A stretch of 64,000 bases of DNA from Candidatus Amesbacteria bacterium GW2011_GWB1_47_19 (GCA_001002325.1 LCNZ01000001.1:3773-67772), one strand, 5' to 3'. Positions 8,635 through 19,019 are shown, counted from the stretch's first letter. The notes: generated by a model from the letters alone, not told the origin. Translations and numbers: made by a program.

Positions 8635-9813
8635 ATGGCTACATTTGTCCGCTCAAAACCACACGTCAATATCGGAACGATTGGTCATGTCGATCACGGC
8701 AAGACTACTCTGACCTCGGCGATTACCATGGTGCTGGCCAAAAAGGGTTTGGCCCAGGCCAAGAAATATGAAGACATCGATTCGGCTCCGGAAGAGAAAG
8801 CCCGGGGAGTAACCATCAACCTGTCGCATCAGGAATATGAAACGGAAAAGAGACACTACGCCCACATAGATGCTCCCGGACACGCTGACTACATCAAGAA
8901 TATGATTACCGGGGCCGCCCAGATGGACGGAGCAATACTGGTAGTATCCGCTCCGGACGGTCCGATGCCCCAGACCCGGGAACACATTCTGCTGGCCAAT
9001 CAGGTTAACGTACCGGCGATTGTGGTGTTTATGAATAAAACGGATATGGTGGATGATCCGCAGCTTTTAGATCTGGTGGAAATGGAAGTCAGGGAGTTGC
9101 TTACCAAGTACGGTTATCCCGGAGATAAGGTACCAGTAATCCGCGGTTCAGCCCTAAAAGCTCAAGAAGGAGATGCGAAGGCTGAAGAAGCGATTATAGA
9201 GCTGATGAAACAAGTGGATGAATTTATCCCGACTCCGGTGCGGGAACTGGACAAGCCTTTCCTGATGCCGGTCGAGGATGTCTTTTCAATCAAAGGCCGG
9301 GGGACAGTGGTGACAGGGAGAATTGAGCGTGGAGTGGTAAAAGTGAATGAAACCGTGGAAATCGTGGGGGTCAAGCCCACCCAATCGACGGTGGTGACGG
9401 GAGTAGAAATGTTTCGTAAATCTTTGGATGAAGGCCAGGCCGGGGATAACGTGGGACTGCTGCTTAGGGGAATTGACAAGGACAAAGTGGAAAGGGGACA
9501 GGTAATTGCAAAACCCGGTTCCATTACCCCGCATACGGAGTTTGAGGCTGAGGTATACATACTGAAAAAGGAAGAGGGCGGAAGGCACACTTCGTTCTTT
9601 TCCGGCTACCGGCCCCAGTTTTATATCAAGACTACGGACATTACGGGTGAAGTGACCCTGCCGGCCGGAGTGGAAATGGTGATGCCCGGTGACAGTGCCA
9701 AGATGAATGTAAAACTGATCGTGCCTGTAGCTCTGGAAGATGGTTTGAGATTTGCTATTCGCGAAGGCGGGAAGACCGTCGGAGCTGGAGTAGTGACAAA
9801 AATCATCAGCTGA
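8635..9813 (+). CDS. tuf: elongation factor Tu
   Basis: [41 protein letters not shown]. Confidence 0.99.
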   Translation: MATFVRSKPHVNIGTIGHVDHGKTTLTSAITMVLAKKGLAQAKKYEDIDSAPEEKARGVTINLSHQEYETEKRHYAHIDAPGHADYIKNMITGAAQMDGAILVVSAPDGPMPQTREHILLANQVNVPAIVVFMNKTDMVDDPQLLDLVEMEVRELLTKYGYPGDKVPVIRGSALKAQEGDAKAEEAIIELMKQVDEFIPTPVRELDKPFLMPVEDVFSIKGRGTVVTGRIERGVVKVNETVEIVGVKPTQSTVVTGVEMFRKSLDEGQAGDNVGLLLRGIDKDKVERGQVIAKPGSITPHTEFEAEVYILKKEEGGRHTSFFSGYRPQFYIKTTDITGEVTLPAGVEMVMPGDSAKMNVKLIVPVALEDGLRFAIREGGKTVGAGVVTKIIS

Positions 9814-9831
9814 GTGCTTTAGCACATTTAT

Positions 9832-10140
9832 ATGGCAAAGGGAAGACTAAGAGTCAGACTGAAGTCCTTTGATCACCGGGTGATTGATGAAGCCGCGGCG
9901 AAGATTTTGGATGCCGCGATAACTACAGGCGCGAAAGTAATCGGACCCATCCCCTTGCCTACTGACAGAAAAATCGTGGTGGTGACTACTTCACCACATG
10001 TGGATAAGAACGCCCGGGACCATTTTGAGATGCTGGTACACAAACGGCTGATAGACATCATAGATCCCACCGATAAAACAATTGACGGTCTGTCACACCT
10101 GGATCTGCCAGCGGGAGTGGATATTGAAGTGAAGATGTAG
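9832..10140 (+). CDS. rpsJ: 30S ribosomal protein S10
   Basis: RLKSFDH, GPIPLPT, HKRLIDI, LPAGVDIE. Confidence 0.98.
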   Translation: MAKGRLRVRLKSFDHRVIDEAAAKILDAAITTGAKVIGPIPLPTDRKIVVVTTSPHVDKNARDHFEMLVHKRLIDIIDPTDKTIDGLSHLDLPAGVDIEVKM

Positions 10141-10299
10141 ATTTCAAGAACGCTTACGATTGAACCAGATATCAACCTTATATAAAATATTATGGGTCAT
10201 TGTCTGGTTTGCTGCACACTTTCCGCGCTTTATTGTTGACAAGACTAAAGTTGAAGCGGAGATGTAAAATTCAAAAATTAGAAAGGACTGAACAGGAGC

Positions 10300-10680
10300 G
10301 TGATTAAGAAGGGAGAATTAAATGTAGTGGTGTGCCCCTGCGGCCAAGAAAAAAGTGGGTATTTGGCTAAAGTTTGGGAATGGCGAGGACACAAGGCTGA
10401 AACTTTCCCAGGGGGCATAAGGGGAATGGTTAAATTATCTTCGGATGAGATAAATGAGATTATACCTGTCCTGGCATTAGTAACCATTATTTATGATAAT
10501 GAAATTGCCGGTGTGTTAGGTAGAAGGGAATTTGAAAAGGCGAAGAGTTTACTTGAGACAACAGGGAGAAATTTTCAAGTAATTGACTTAAATCAACTCA
10601 AATCGGAGGTGGGAGATAGGCAATCCGAAAGAAGGAGAAAAGAAAGAGTTAATTTCCCCTGGTGGTTATACAGGGATTAA
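10300..10680 (+). CDS. hypothetical protein inserted between rpsJ and rplC
   Basis: 126 aa, AGGAG before GTG, AT-rich; N-terminal VVCPCGQEKS loosely P-loop phosphatase/rhodanese-like. Confidence 0.65.
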   Translation: MIKKGELNVVVCPCGQEKSGYLAKVWEWRGHKAETFPGGIRGMVKLSSDEINEIIPVLALVTIIYDNEIAGVLGRREFEKAKSLLETTGRNFQVIDLNQLKSEVGDRQSERRRKERVNFPWWLYRD

Positions 10681-10692
10681 AGCTACAGTGAG

Positions 10693-10815
10693 TTGCGAAG
10701 CTGAGATTAATTTGATAAAATGACCACCAGTTGTGAGCAGAGAAATTTGCCAACACTATTGCTCAGACTAGATCGGTTGGCTGCATAAATTAAAGTGCCA
10801 TCCGGCACTTTTTTG
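10693..10815 (+). promoter_or_regulatory. rplC promoter plus structured leader with terminator-like hairpin
   Basis: TTGCGA-17-TAAAAT; TGAGCA/TGCTCA stem; AAAGTGCC-atcc-GGCACTTT followed by a T run. Confidence 0.65.
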
Positions 10816-10829
10816 TTGGTTGGAAATCC

Positions 10830-11402
10830 ATGAATACATTGTTTGCCATTAAAACGCGAATGACCGGGAGATATACACCGGCGGGGGTGAGGACCGGAGC
10901 TACTATACTGCGGGTGATGCCGGCGGTGGCAGCCGATTTAAGAACAAAGGAAAAACATGGTTATGAAGCCACAAGATTTAAGATTCAAGATTTAAGATTC
11001 AAGAAGGAGATCGTCAGGGAAGTTAGAGGGGGAGAAACTCCACAGGCAGGGATGATTGTGAAAGTGGAAGAAATTCTGAAACCGGGGGATACGGTGAGAG
11101 TGACGGGGATTTCCAAAGGAAAAGGTTTTGCCGGGGGTGTAAAGAGGCACGGATTTCACGGCGGCCCGAGAACCCACGGACAGTCTGACAGAGAAAGAGC
11201 CCCGGGGGCCAGCGGTACCGGAACGACACCCGGGAGAGTCCTAAAGGGCAAACGCATGGCCGGACACATGGGAAATGTAAAGGTCAGCGTGAGCGGTCTG
11301 GAAGTACTCGAGGTGAATCCCGACAAAGATGAAGTGGTAGTAAGAGGATCTGTGCCGGGCGCAAACAAATTTACGTTACTGACTGTGACAAAGGAAGTAT
11401 GA
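10830..11402 (+). CDS. rplC: 50S ribosomal protein L3
   Basis: SKGKGFAGGVKRH, HGQSDRERAPG, KRMAGHMG. Confidence 0.98.
   Translation: MNTLFAIKTRMTGRYTPAGVRTGATILRVMPAVAADLRTKEKHGYEATRFKIQDLRFKKEIVREVRGGETPQAGMIVKVEEILKPGDTVRVTGISKGKGFAGGVKRHGFHGGPRTHGQSDRERAPGASGTGTTPGRVLKGKRMAGHMGNVKVSVSGLEVLEVNPDKDEVVVRGSVPGANKFTLLTVTKEV
10972..11004 (+). repeat. (C/T)AAGATT heptamer array inside rplC
   Basis: caagatt taagatt caagatt taagatt caaga. Confidence 0.85.
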
Positions 11403-12031
11403 TTTCGGCCCCGGTATTTGATGTAACAGGAAAAGAGTCAGAAAAGGCTACACTGCCCGAGAAAGTATTCGGCCAAAAAAGCTCAGGTCAACTGATGACT
11501 CAGGCTATCAGAGTATATTTATCCAACCAGAGACGGGCCGGGGCAAAAACCAAGACCCGTGGGGAGGTAGCAAAGACTACGGCCAAAATGTATAAGCAGA
11601 AAGGAACCGGGAGGGCCCGCCACGGATCTTATGCTGCTGGGATTTTTGTAGGCGGGGGTCGAGCCCATGGTCCGACCGGCGAACAAAATTACCGCCTCCA
11701 ACTACCGGCCAAAATGCGTCATAAAGCGCTGTTGGGAGCATTAACGGAAAAAGCCGGCCAGAAAAATATCCGGATTCTGACGGGAGTTAAAAAAACCGGA
11801 GGTAAGACCAAGCAGGCCAGGGTGGCGGCGGAAAAAATGCAGATCCTAGGCAGCAAAGTACTCTTAGTAAGAAGCGAAGACCAACAATCACTAGCCAAGG
11901 CCTGGAGAAATATTGAGTGGGTAACAGTGGTAACTCCGGGGAATTTGAATGCCTACCGGATATTGGTCAACAAGCACGTGGTGATTACCACTGAAGCTTT
12001 GGAGGCGATTGTGAAGAAGTATGTTAATTAA
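11399..12031 (+). CDS. rplD: 50S ribosomal protein L4
   Basis: KQKGTGRARHGS, GGGRAHGP. Confidence 0.98.
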   Translation: MISAPVFDVTGKESEKATLPEKVFGQKSSGQLMTQAIRVYLSNQRRAGAKTKTRGEVAKTTAKMYKQKGTGRARHGSYAAGIFVGGGRAHGPTGEQNYRLQLPAKMRHKALLGALTEKAGQKNIRILTGVKKTGGKTKQARVAAEKMQILGSKVLLVRSEDQQSLAKAWRNIEWVTVVTPGNLNAYRILVNKHVVITTEALEAIVKKYVN

Positions 12032-12320
12032 AAGACCTATTGTTACAGAAAAATCCGTGAAGCTGAACTCCGGCGAAGTAAGCAGATATACCTTCGAAAC
12101 GATTCCGTCCGCTAATAAAACCCAGATTAAAAAAAACGTAGAAAAAATGTTTGGGGTTAAAGTGGAGAAAGTGCAAACTTTAAACATGCCCGGTAAAAAG
12201 TACCGCAGTGGTAAAAAGTGGATTTTCAGACAAAAAAGTGACTGGAAAAAGGCGATCGTGACTCTGAAACCAGGGCAAAAAATCGAACAGCTGGAAGTGA
12301 CAGGAGGGGGTAAGGAGTAA
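12021..12320 (+). CDS. rplW: 50S ribosomal protein L23
   Basis: RPIVTEKS, ANKTQIK, WKKAIVTL. Confidence 0.97.
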   Translation: MLIKRPIVTEKSVKLNSGEVSRYTFETIPSANKTQIKKNVEKMFGVKVEKVQTLNMPGKKYRSGKKWIFRQKSDWKKAIVTLKPGQKIEQLEVTGGGKE

Positions 12321-12322
12321 AT

Positions 12323-13147
12323 ATGGGGTTGAAGATGTACAAACCGATTACACCCGGATTGCGGTCCTCTTCCAGTCTGGATAATTCCCATCTGACCCGG
12401 AAACGGCCTGAGAGAAGACTGCGATCGATACTGGCCAAAAGGTCCGGCCGGAATACTACCGGACATGTGACTGTCCGGCATCAGGGAGCAAGACAAAAAC
12501 GATACTACCGGGAAGTAGACTGGAAAAGAGAAGATAAAGACATTTTCGGTAAGGTGGAAGCAATAGAGTACGATCCCAACCGGTCAGCAAATCTGGCGCT
12601 GGTGAAGTACCCTGACGGGTATAAAAAATACATTGTGGCACCGGAGGGGTTGATTGTGGGACAGATGGTGGGGGCCGGGGAAACCGCGCCGCTGGTACCG
12701 GGTAACGTTCTGCCCCTGACCAATATCCCAGTGGGATCGGCTATACATAACCTGGAAATCGTTCCCGGCAAAGGCGGTCAGATGGTGCGAAGTGCGGGAA
12801 CTTCGGCAGTAATTATGGGTTTCGAAGAGGCTTACGCTCTGGTAAAATTGCCTTCGGGGGAAATTCGTAGATTCAAGAATGCCTGCCGGGCGACCCTGGG
12901 ACAAGTCGGGAATGCGGAGTGGAAAAACGTCAACTTTGGTAAAGCCGGCCGAAGACGAAGAATGGGTATCCGACCCACGGTCCGGGGAACTGCCCAGAAT
13001 CCACGATCCCATCCTCACGGCGGAGGAGAAGGCCGTTCCGGAGAAGGGATGCATCCCAAAACTCCCTGGGGTAAGTCCGCCAGGGGAAACAGAACCCGCT
13101 TAAAAATGAAATATTCACATAAGTTAATTGTTCAAAGGAGAAAATAA
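12323..13147 (+). CDS. rplB: 50S ribosomal protein L2
   Basis: IEYDPNRSA, RPTVRG, HPHGGGEG. Confidence 0.99.
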   Translation: MGLKMYKPITPGLRSSSSLDNSHLTRKRPERRLRSILAKRSGRNTTGHVTVRHQGARQKRYYREVDWKREDKDIFGKVEAIEYDPNRSANLALVKYPDGYKKYIVAPEGLIVGQMVGAGETAPLVPGNVLPLTNIPVGSAIHNLEIVPGKGGQMVRSAGTSAVIMGFEEAYALVKLPSGEIRRFKNACRATLGQVGNAEWKNVNFGKAGRRRRMGIRPTVRGTAQNPRSHPHGGGEGRSGEGMHPKTPWGKSARGNRTRLKMKYSHKLIVQRRK

Positions 13148-13150
13148 GTT

Positions 13151-13435
13151 ATGTCCAGAAGCAATAAAAAAGGTCCATATATTGATGCAAAACTGTTGTC
13201 CAAGGTGCAGAAGATGGCGGATGGCGGCAAAAAGTCTCCGATTAAAACCTGGGCCAGATCCAGCCAGATTCCCCCGCAATTTGTGGGATATACATTCCAG
13301 GTACACACCGGAAATAAATTTGCGGATGTATTTATAAGTGAATCAATGGTGGGACACAGACTGGGGGAATTTGCACCGACCAGAACCTTCCGCGGACACG
13401 GAGCGATTGTTAAAAGAACTATGGAGAAAACCTAA
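13151..13435 (+). CDS. rpsS: 30S ribosomal protein S19
   Basis: [21 protein letters not shown]. Confidence 0.98.
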   Translation: MSRSNKKGPYIDAKLLSKVQKMADGGKKSPIKTWARSSQIPPQFVGYTFQVHTGNKFADVFISESMVGHRLGEFAPTRTFRGHGAIVKRTMEKT

Positions 13436-13468
13436 TTAGTTATTCGTTTGTCGTTATTAGTTGTTAGC
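13436..13468. repeat. intergenic heptamer array
   Basis: ttagtta ttcgttt gtcgtta ttagttg ttagc. Confidence 0.7.
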
Positions 13469-13472
13469 AGTA

Positions 13473-13877
13473 ATGATTAAACAAAAAAATATTAAAAAGG
13501 CAAAAACAATACAAAAACCCGTTGAAAGGAAAATTGTAACCGCGGGGGCGAGTTTTGTGCACCAAAGTCCGAGGAAGCTGAGACTGGTCGCTGATGCCGT
13601 GCGGGAGCTGGACCCAGATAAAGCCATAGGACAATTGAAATTACTGCCTCACCGGTCGGCGGGTATACTGCTGAAGGTTTTTCAACAGGCGATGGGTAAT
13701 GCAAAAAACAGTCCCGGAGTATCTCCGGGGGGGCTGAAAATCAAAAGCCTGCAGATTGAGGAAGGGCCGCGGGGGCCGAAACGGGCAGATGTCCACGCTC
13801 ATGGAGCGAGATATGACCGGGGGGTCAGAAGAAAAAGAATGGCGCACATTAAGCTGGAGTTAATAAGTAAGGAGTAA
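13473..13877 (+). CDS. rplV: 50S ribosomal protein L22
   Basis: SPRKLRLVADAVR and operon position; start re-assigned to ATG 13473. Confidence 0.93.
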   Translation: MIKQKNIKKAKTIQKPVERKIVTAGASFVHQSPRKLRLVADAVRELDPDKAIGQLKLLPHRSAGILLKVFQQAMGNAKNSPGVSPGGLKIKSLQIEEGPRGPKRADVHAHGARYDRGVRRKRMAHIKLELISKE

Positions 13878-13878
13878 G

Positions 13879-14538
13879 ATGGGGCAAAAAGTAAACCCGG
13901 TCGCTTACAGACTACCGCTATCCCCTACCGAGACCTGGAAGTCGCGGTGGTTTACCACCGATCCAAAGAGGTACAGGGCTTATTTAGCCGAGGATGTCAG
14001 ATTAAGAAAAGAGCTGATGACGAGACTGGCAGGGGCAGGTGTGACCAGAGTGGAAATTGAAAGATCCCTGCGCAGCATGCGGGTGGTGATTTTTGTGACG
14101 CGTCCGGGAGTAGTCATCGGCCGGGGCGGGTCCGGTATAGAAGAGCTGAAAAAGTTTATATATTCAGTACTGGGCTATAAGCTGGGTGATAAATCAGCTC
14201 CAAAAATTGACATGCCGATCGAGGAAGTGAAAGAGCCGGATCTGAATGCGTATCTGGTAGCCACCAAGATCGCGGAGCAGCTGGTGCGCAGACTGCCAGC
14301 CCGGAGGGTAGTAAATAAGACCATGGAAAGGACGATGCAATCCAGAGCCGCCGGGATAAAGGTGGTTCTCTCCGGAAGAATCGCGGGGGCGGAAATTGCC
14401 AGACGAGAAGTTTACCATCAGGGATCCGTACCATTGCAGACATTGAGAGCCAATGTGGATTACGCACAAGTGCCGGCTTTAACCCGATCCGGTTATATCG
14501 GAGTGAAGGTGTGGATACACAGGGGAGAAAAGAGCTGA
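13879..14538 (+). CDS. rpsC: 30S ribosomal protein S3
   Basis: [30 protein letters not shown]. Confidence 0.98.
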   Translation: MGQKVNPVAYRLPLSPTETWKSRWFTTDPKRYRAYLAEDVRLRKELMTRLAGAGVTRVEIERSLRSMRVVIFVTRPGVVIGRGGSGIEELKKFIYSVLGYKLGDKSAPKIDMPIEEVKEPDLNAYLVATKIAEQLVRRLPARRVVNKTMERTMQSRAAGIKVVLSGRIAGAEIARREVYHQGSVPLQTLRANVDYAQVPALTRSGYIGVKVWIHRGEKS

Positions 14539-14539
14539 T

Positions 14540-14944
14540 ATGCTGCAGCCTAAAAAACAAAAATACCGCAAGCAATTCAGAGGGCAGATGCCGGGGATGT
14601 CCCACCGCGGGGCAGTGGTGGCTTTCGGAGAGTTCGGGCTGAAGGCGATAGGCAGAGGGTGGTTGTCCGCCAGGCAAATAGAGGCAGCCAGAAAAGCTAT
14701 TTCCCGACACGCCCATAGGGGAGGTAAAGTATGGATTCGGGTGTTTCCGGACAAACCGACTACCAAAAAAGCCCTGGGGACAAGAATGGGTTCAGGAAAA
14801 GGGGATATACACGAATATGTGGCTGTGATCAAACCCGGTAGAATTTTATTTGAAATTGCCGGTGTGGCTCCGGAAATTGCAGCGATTGCTTTCAGGCGAG
14901 CGTCAGCAAAACTACCTTTTAAGGTGAAATTGGTCGGGAGATAA
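14540..14944 (+). CDS. rplP: 50S ribosomal protein L16
   Basis: [27 protein letters not shown]. Confidence 0.98.
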   Translation: MLQPKKQKYRKQFRGQMPGMSHRGAVVAFGEFGLKAIGRGWLSARQIEAARKAISRHAHRGGKVWIRVFPDKPTTKKALGTRMGSGKGDIHEYVAVIKPGRILFEIAGVAPEIAAIAFRRASAKLPFKVKLVGR

Positions 14945-14947
14945 TTT

Positions 14948-15205
14948 ATGGCTACAAAAAAGATAACAAAATCTGAAAAAATAACAACTGATAAGAAAAT
15001 CCGACTGAAAACCATGACAATTGACGAGCTGAAAAATGCAGCTGTAAAAATCAGGGAGCAGATCGTCAAAGCCAGAATGGAGTCTGTCACCGGAAAGGCC
15101 AAAAATATGCGCCAGGTCTTTTGGCAGAGGAAACAACTGGCGCGGATTTTGACCGAGATATCCATCAGGTTATTTAAAGATGATAAAATCCGACAGAACT
15201 TATGA
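14948..15205 (+). CDS. rpmC: 50S ribosomal protein L29
   Basis: Operon position; RKQLARILT. Confidence 0.85.
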   Translation: MATKKITKSEKITTDKKIRLKTMTIDELKNAAVKIREQIVKARMESVTGKAKNMRQVFWQRKQLARILTEISIRLFKDDKIRQNL

Positions 15206-15438
15206 AAACCATGACAGGCAAAGTCGTGTCCGATAAAATGCAGCATACCGTGGTAGTGGAGGTAGTCAGGTTTGCTACACATCCCAAGTATCACAAGCGG
15301 ATGCGAAAAACTAAAAAATACCATGCCCATACCGAATCCTTGGTAAAAACCGGGAGCAGGGTACGGTTGGTGGAAATTGCACCTGTAAGCCGGACTAAAC
15401 ACTGGAAAGTGGCCGAAGTTGTGGAGGAGGTCAAATAA
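15202..15438 (+). CDS. rpsQ: 30S ribosomal protein S17
   Basis: [26 protein letters not shown]. Confidence 0.97.
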   Translation: MKTMTGKVVSDKMQHTVVVEVVRFATHPKYHKRMRKTKKYHAHTESLVKTGSRVRLVEIAPVSRTKHWKVAEVVEEVK

Positions 15439-15439
15439 A

Positions 15440-15811
15440 ATGGTGCAACTGAGAAGCATACTTAGTCTCGCGGATAACTGCGGAGCTAAAAAACTGAGAG
15501 TCATCCAGGTGATGGGGGGGTGGAAGCGGACCTATGCTTATCTGGGGGATATAGTGACGGCTGTAGTGGACCAGGCTGAACCGACGGGGGTGGTAAAAGA
15601 TTCCGAGATTGTCAAGGCCGTGGTGGTGCGAACTAGAAAAGAAATGCAGCGAAAGGACGGAAGTTATATCAGGTTTGATGACAATGCGGCGGTGGTGATA
15701 GATCCGAAAACTCTGGAACCCAGAGGAACCCGAATTTTCGGACCGGTAGCCCGGGAAATAAAAGATGCCGGATTTAATAAAATCGCGTCACTGGCTCCTG
15801 AAGTACTATGA
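15440..15811 (+). CDS. rplN: 50S ribosomal protein L14
   Basis: [26 protein letters not shown]; start re-assigned to ATG 15440. Confidence 0.98.
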   Translation: MVQLRSILSLADNCGAKKLRVIQVMGGWKRTYAYLGDIVTAVVDQAEPTGVVKDSEIVKAVVVRTRKEMQRKDGSYIRFDDNAAVVIDPKTLEPRGTRIFGPVAREIKDAGFNKIASLAPEVL

Positions 15812-16128
15812 TGACTGCAAGAATAAAACTCAGAAAAGGCGATACTGTGGTGGTTAGTGTGGGAAAAGACAGAGGTAAGCAAACCAAGATCGAGAGGATA
15901 TGGCCTAAAGACGGCAGGATACTGTTGCCCGGGATAAATCAATACAAGAAACACAGAAAACCGCAGGGGGAAGGGCGACCGGGAGAAATATTAACACTGA
16001 GCCGGCCTGTTCCTGTGGCTAATGTCGCCCTGATATGTCCCCGGTGCAAAGAGCCAACCCGGATCGGATTCAGAATGGACGGAGCAAAAAAACTCAGGGT
16101 TTGCCGAAAGTGCAGAGCGGATATATGA
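15808..16128 (+). CDS. rplX: 50S ribosomal protein L24
   Basis: KOW motif [15 protein letters not shown]. Confidence 0.96.
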   Translation: MMTARIKLRKGDTVVVSVGKDRGKQTKIERIWPKDGRILLPGINQYKKHRKPQGEGRPGEILTLSRPVPVANVALICPRCKEPTRIGFRMDGAKKLRVCRKCRADI

Positions 16129-16667
16129 ATTACCAAGAAATCTACCAGGAAACAGCCGTAAAGACCCTGATGAAGGAATTCGGGATTAAAAACAAGCAGG
16201 CTGTCCCCAAACTCGAAAAAATCGTGATTAACGTCGGACTTAAAGAGGCCGCGTCCAACAAGGGTGTTCTGGATAAAGTGGCTGAACAAATCACTGTTAT
16301 TACCGGCCAAAAACCCAAGGTAACACGGGCTAAGAAATCCATCGCCAATTTCAAACTGCGGGAAGGAGATCCTATCGGGCTGATGGTGACTTTGCGGGGA
16401 AAAAGAATGGAAGATTTCTATTCGAAACTGGTAACCATAACTCTGCCGAGAGTCAGAGATTTTCATGGCGTAAAAGATGACGCCTTTGACAAAGGCGGAA
16501 ATTATACTCTGGGTATAACCGAACAAATTGTGTTTCCGGAAATTGATTATGCTAAGGTGGATAAAATCCGAGGACTGGAGATAAGCTTGGTAATGAATAC
16601 CAAAGATGCTAAAATCTCGCGGCGTTTATTAACGTTATTGGGCATGCCATTTGAGAAAAAATCTTAA
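16125..16667 (+). CDS. rplE: 50S ribosomal protein L5
   Basis: PKLEKIVIN, ITGQKP, LPRVRDF, EQIVFPEI; start re-assigned to ATG 16125. Confidence 0.98.
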   Translation: MNYQEIYQETAVKTLMKEFGIKNKQAVPKLEKIVINVGLKEAASNKGVLDKVAEQITVITGQKPKVTRAKKSIANFKLREGDPIGLMVTLRGKRMEDFYSKLVTITLPRVRDFHGVKDDAFDKGGNYTLGITEQIVFPEIDYAKVDKIRGLEISLVMNTKDAKISRRLLTLLGMPFEKKS

Positions 16668-16694
16668 TTTATTAATTATTTATTATTAAACAAG

Positions 16695-16883
16695 GTGGCA
16701 AAAACATCAAAAATCGTTAAACAAATTCCGGGGCGGCTTAAATTCCCGACCAGATACCGTAACCGGTGCCAGATGTGCGGCCGACCCAGGGCATATATCC
16801 GGGCTTTCGGTCTGTGCCGGCTGTGCTTCCGGGAACTGGCTAACCGTGCGGAATTGCCCGGAGTAAGGAAGGCATCATGGTAA
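16695..16883 (+). CDS. rpsN: 30S ribosomal protein S14, zinc-binding type Z
   Basis: RCQMCGRPR...GLCRLCFRE...PGVRKASW. Confidence 0.97.
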   Translation: MAKTSKIVKQIPGRLKFPTRYRNRCQMCGRPRAYIRAFGLCRLCFRELANRAELPGVRKASW

Positions 16884-17257
16884 ACGACCACCTGTCTGAT
16901 TTTGTAACCCGGATCAGGAACGGTTATCAGGCCGGGCTGGATAAGATAGAAGTGCCGATGATAAAAACTGTGGCCGAAACTGCCAGGGTTATAGCCGCTG
17001 AAGGATATACCGGGACTGTGGAAAAAAAGGAGAAGACCCTGGTGATACATCTGAAATATTCGGGGAAAAAGCCGGCGATTATGGGAATCAAACGCGTGAG
17101 CAAACCCGGGGCCAGGAGGTATTCCGGGATCAAAAAATTACCCCGGGTCTGGGGAGGCTTGGGGATAAATATCCTTTCCACGCCCAAAGGGATCATCAGC
17201 GAAAAACAAGCAAAAAAATTAAAAACCGGGGGCGAGATTATCGCCCAAGTTTGGTAG
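16877..17257 (+). CDS. rpsH: 30S ribosomal protein S8
   Basis: [26 protein letters not shown]. Confidence 0.97.
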   Translation: MVNDHLSDFVTRIRNGYQAGLDKIEVPMIKTVAETARVIAAEGYTGTVEKKEKTLVIHLKYSGKKPAIMGIKRVSKPGARRYSGIKKLPRVWGGLGINILSTPKGIISEKQAKKLKTGGEIIAQVW

Positions 17258-17266
17258 AAGCAAAAT

Positions 17267-17812
17267 ATGTCCAGAATCGGCAAACAATTAATAACCATTC
17301 CTCCAGGAGTTACGGTCGTATTGGAGGGGGGAAAGGCCAAAGCTGACGGGCCTAAAGGCAAACTGGAAATGACCATACCTCCGGGCGTTAAGATAAAATC
17401 CGAGGTGGGTATAATCACTGTGCTGGCAGATGAAAATATGTCGAACATGCACGGACTGGCCAGATCTCTGCTGTTTAACATGGTAAAAGGGGTGAGTGAG
17501 GGCTGGAGCAAGGTGGTGGAATTGTCCGGGACCGGGTACCGGGCAGCTGTTTGGGGATCGGATCTGCAACTGGCGTTGGGGTTTTCCCATCCGGTAGTAG
17601 TTAAAGCGCCCCAAGGCGTGAGTTTTGAGGTCAAGGATAATAAAATTTCCGTCAGGGGTATCAGTAAGGAGATGGTGGGAGAAATCGCCGCCAAAATCAG
17701 AAATCTGCGACCAGCGGATCCCTATAAAGCCAAGGGGTTTAAATATGAAGGTGAGATTATCGTCCGAAAAGCCGGGAAAGCCGCAAAAACCGGAGCTGCG
17801 GGAGGAAAATAA
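17267..17812 (+). CDS. rplF: 50S ribosomal protein L6
   Basis: MSRIGK, GTGYRA, LGFSHP, PYKAKG. Confidence 0.98.
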   Translation: MSRIGKQLITIPPGVTVVLEGGKAKADGPKGKLEMTIPPGVKIKSEVGIITVLADENMSNMHGLARSLLFNMVKGVSEGWSKVVELSGTGYRAAVWGSDLQLALGFSHPVVVKAPQGVSFEVKDNKISVRGISKEMVGEIAAKIRNLRPADPYKAKGFKYEGEIIVRKAGKAAKTGAAGGK

Positions 17813-18135
17813 TGATACAAATAAAAAGATATAACAATAACCGAATCAGGCGGGCTGTCAGGACACGGGCTTCTCTGAGGGAGAGTTCTGAACTACCGAG
17901 ATTGACGGTATTCAGATCCAATACCAGTATTTATGCCCAGGTAATTAACCAGACTGACGGAAAAACACTGGCCGGAATTTCCGGCAAGAAACCCGGAGAA
18001 GTGGGCGAAGAAATTGCCAAGAAAGCCCTTAAATTAGGTATTAAGAAAGTGGTTTTTGACCGGGGAGGTTACAGTTATCACGGCCGGGTTAAGATACTGG
18101 CTGAAGCAGCCAGAAAGGCCGGTTTGGAATTTTAA
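17812..18135 (+). CDS. rplR: 50S ribosomal protein L18
   Basis: [21 protein letters not shown]. Confidence 0.97.
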   Translation: MIQIKRYNNNRIRRAVRTRASLRESSELPRLTVFRSNTSIYAQVINQTDGKTLAGISGKKPGEVGEEIAKKALKLGIKKVVFDRGGYSYHGRVKILAEAARKAGLEF

Positions 18136-18139
18136 TAAT

Positions 18140-18601
18140 ATGTATAGGCATGAACCCAGAGAACCAAAGGAATTTGAAGAAAAAGTAGTTCAGATAAACC
18201 GGGTAAGCAAGAAGACTAAGGGCGGGAACAGGATCAGTTTTTCCGCCTTGGTGGTAGTGGGAGATAGAAAGGGCCGGGTGGGAGTGGGATTGGGAAAAGC
18301 CAAGGATGTGTCCTCGGCCATGAAAAAGGGTATCAGTTATGCCCAGAAGCATTTGATAAATGTACCCATGAAGAAAACTTCCATACCCCATGAAATGAGG
18401 ATCAAGCTCGGGGCAGCCAGAATTATTTTGAAACCTGCGCCGGCCGGCAGCGGAGTAATTGCGGGCGGACCGGTGAGAGCCGTCGTCGAGGCGGCGGGTA
18501 TCAGAGATATTGTAGGTAAAATTCTGGGAACATCCAATCGGGCTAGTAACGTTTATGCTACTTTCGAGGCATTACGCCGATTGAAAAATGGATCTGTCTA
18601 A
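18140..18601 (+). CDS. rpsE: 30S ribosomal protein S5
   Basis: [22 protein letters not shown]; start re-assigned to ATG 18140. Confidence 0.98.
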   Translation: MYRHEPREPKEFEEKVVQINRVSKKTKGGNRISFSALVVVGDRKGRVGVGLGKAKDVSSAMKKGISYAQKHLINVPMKKTSIPHEMRIKLGAARIILKPAPAGSGVIAGGPVRAVVEAAGIRDIVGKILGTSNRASNVYATFEALRRLKNGSV

Positions 18602-19016
18602 ATTACCAAAAATAACTAAAAAATCCGCAAAGCGGGTAGGCCGGGGAATCGGTTCCGGCAAGGGGGGGCATACCAGCGGCCGCGGGCAGAAAGGCCAGAA
18701 GAGCCGGGAAAAAGTGGCTGTAGGGTTTGAAGGGACAAAAACTAAAAAGTCCTTATTAAAAAGGCTGCCGCTACTTAGGGGTAGAGGGAAATTTAAACCG
18801 TTAACAGCAAAACTTCCGGTAATAAACCTTGAGGATCTTGCGGAATGGCCGGAAAAAACTCCGGTGAATTCTGCCAATCTGACGAAGGCCGGAATTAAAG
18901 CCGGCAAAATATTGGGGCAAGGTGAGGTAAAGAAAGCGTTGATTATAGAGATGCCCATCTCCGCCCCGGCGGCAAAAAAAGTCATCAAGGCGGGTGGTAA
19001 GATTGGCAAAGATTAG
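18588..19016 (+). CDS. rplO: 50S ribosomal protein L15
   Basis: [21 protein letters not shown]. Confidence 0.97.
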   Translation: MDLSKLPKITKKSAKRVGRGIGSGKGGHTSGRGQKGQKSREKVAVGFEGTKTKKSLLKRLPLLRGRGKFKPLTAKLPVINLEDLAEWPEKTPVNSANLTKAGIKAGKILGQGEVKKALIIEMPISAPAAKKVIKAGGKIGKD

Positions 19017-19019
19017 AAT

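Noticed and set aside
9812-9826. GAGTGCTTTAGCAC after tuf resembles CIRCE arms
   Set aside because: Arms are in the wrong order with no 9-nt spacer; only a tiny hairpin
10163-10210. AACCAGA...TCTGGTT stem after rpsJ as a possible ncRNA
   Set aside because: Imperfect AT-rich interior and no recognisable family; may be a terminator or chance
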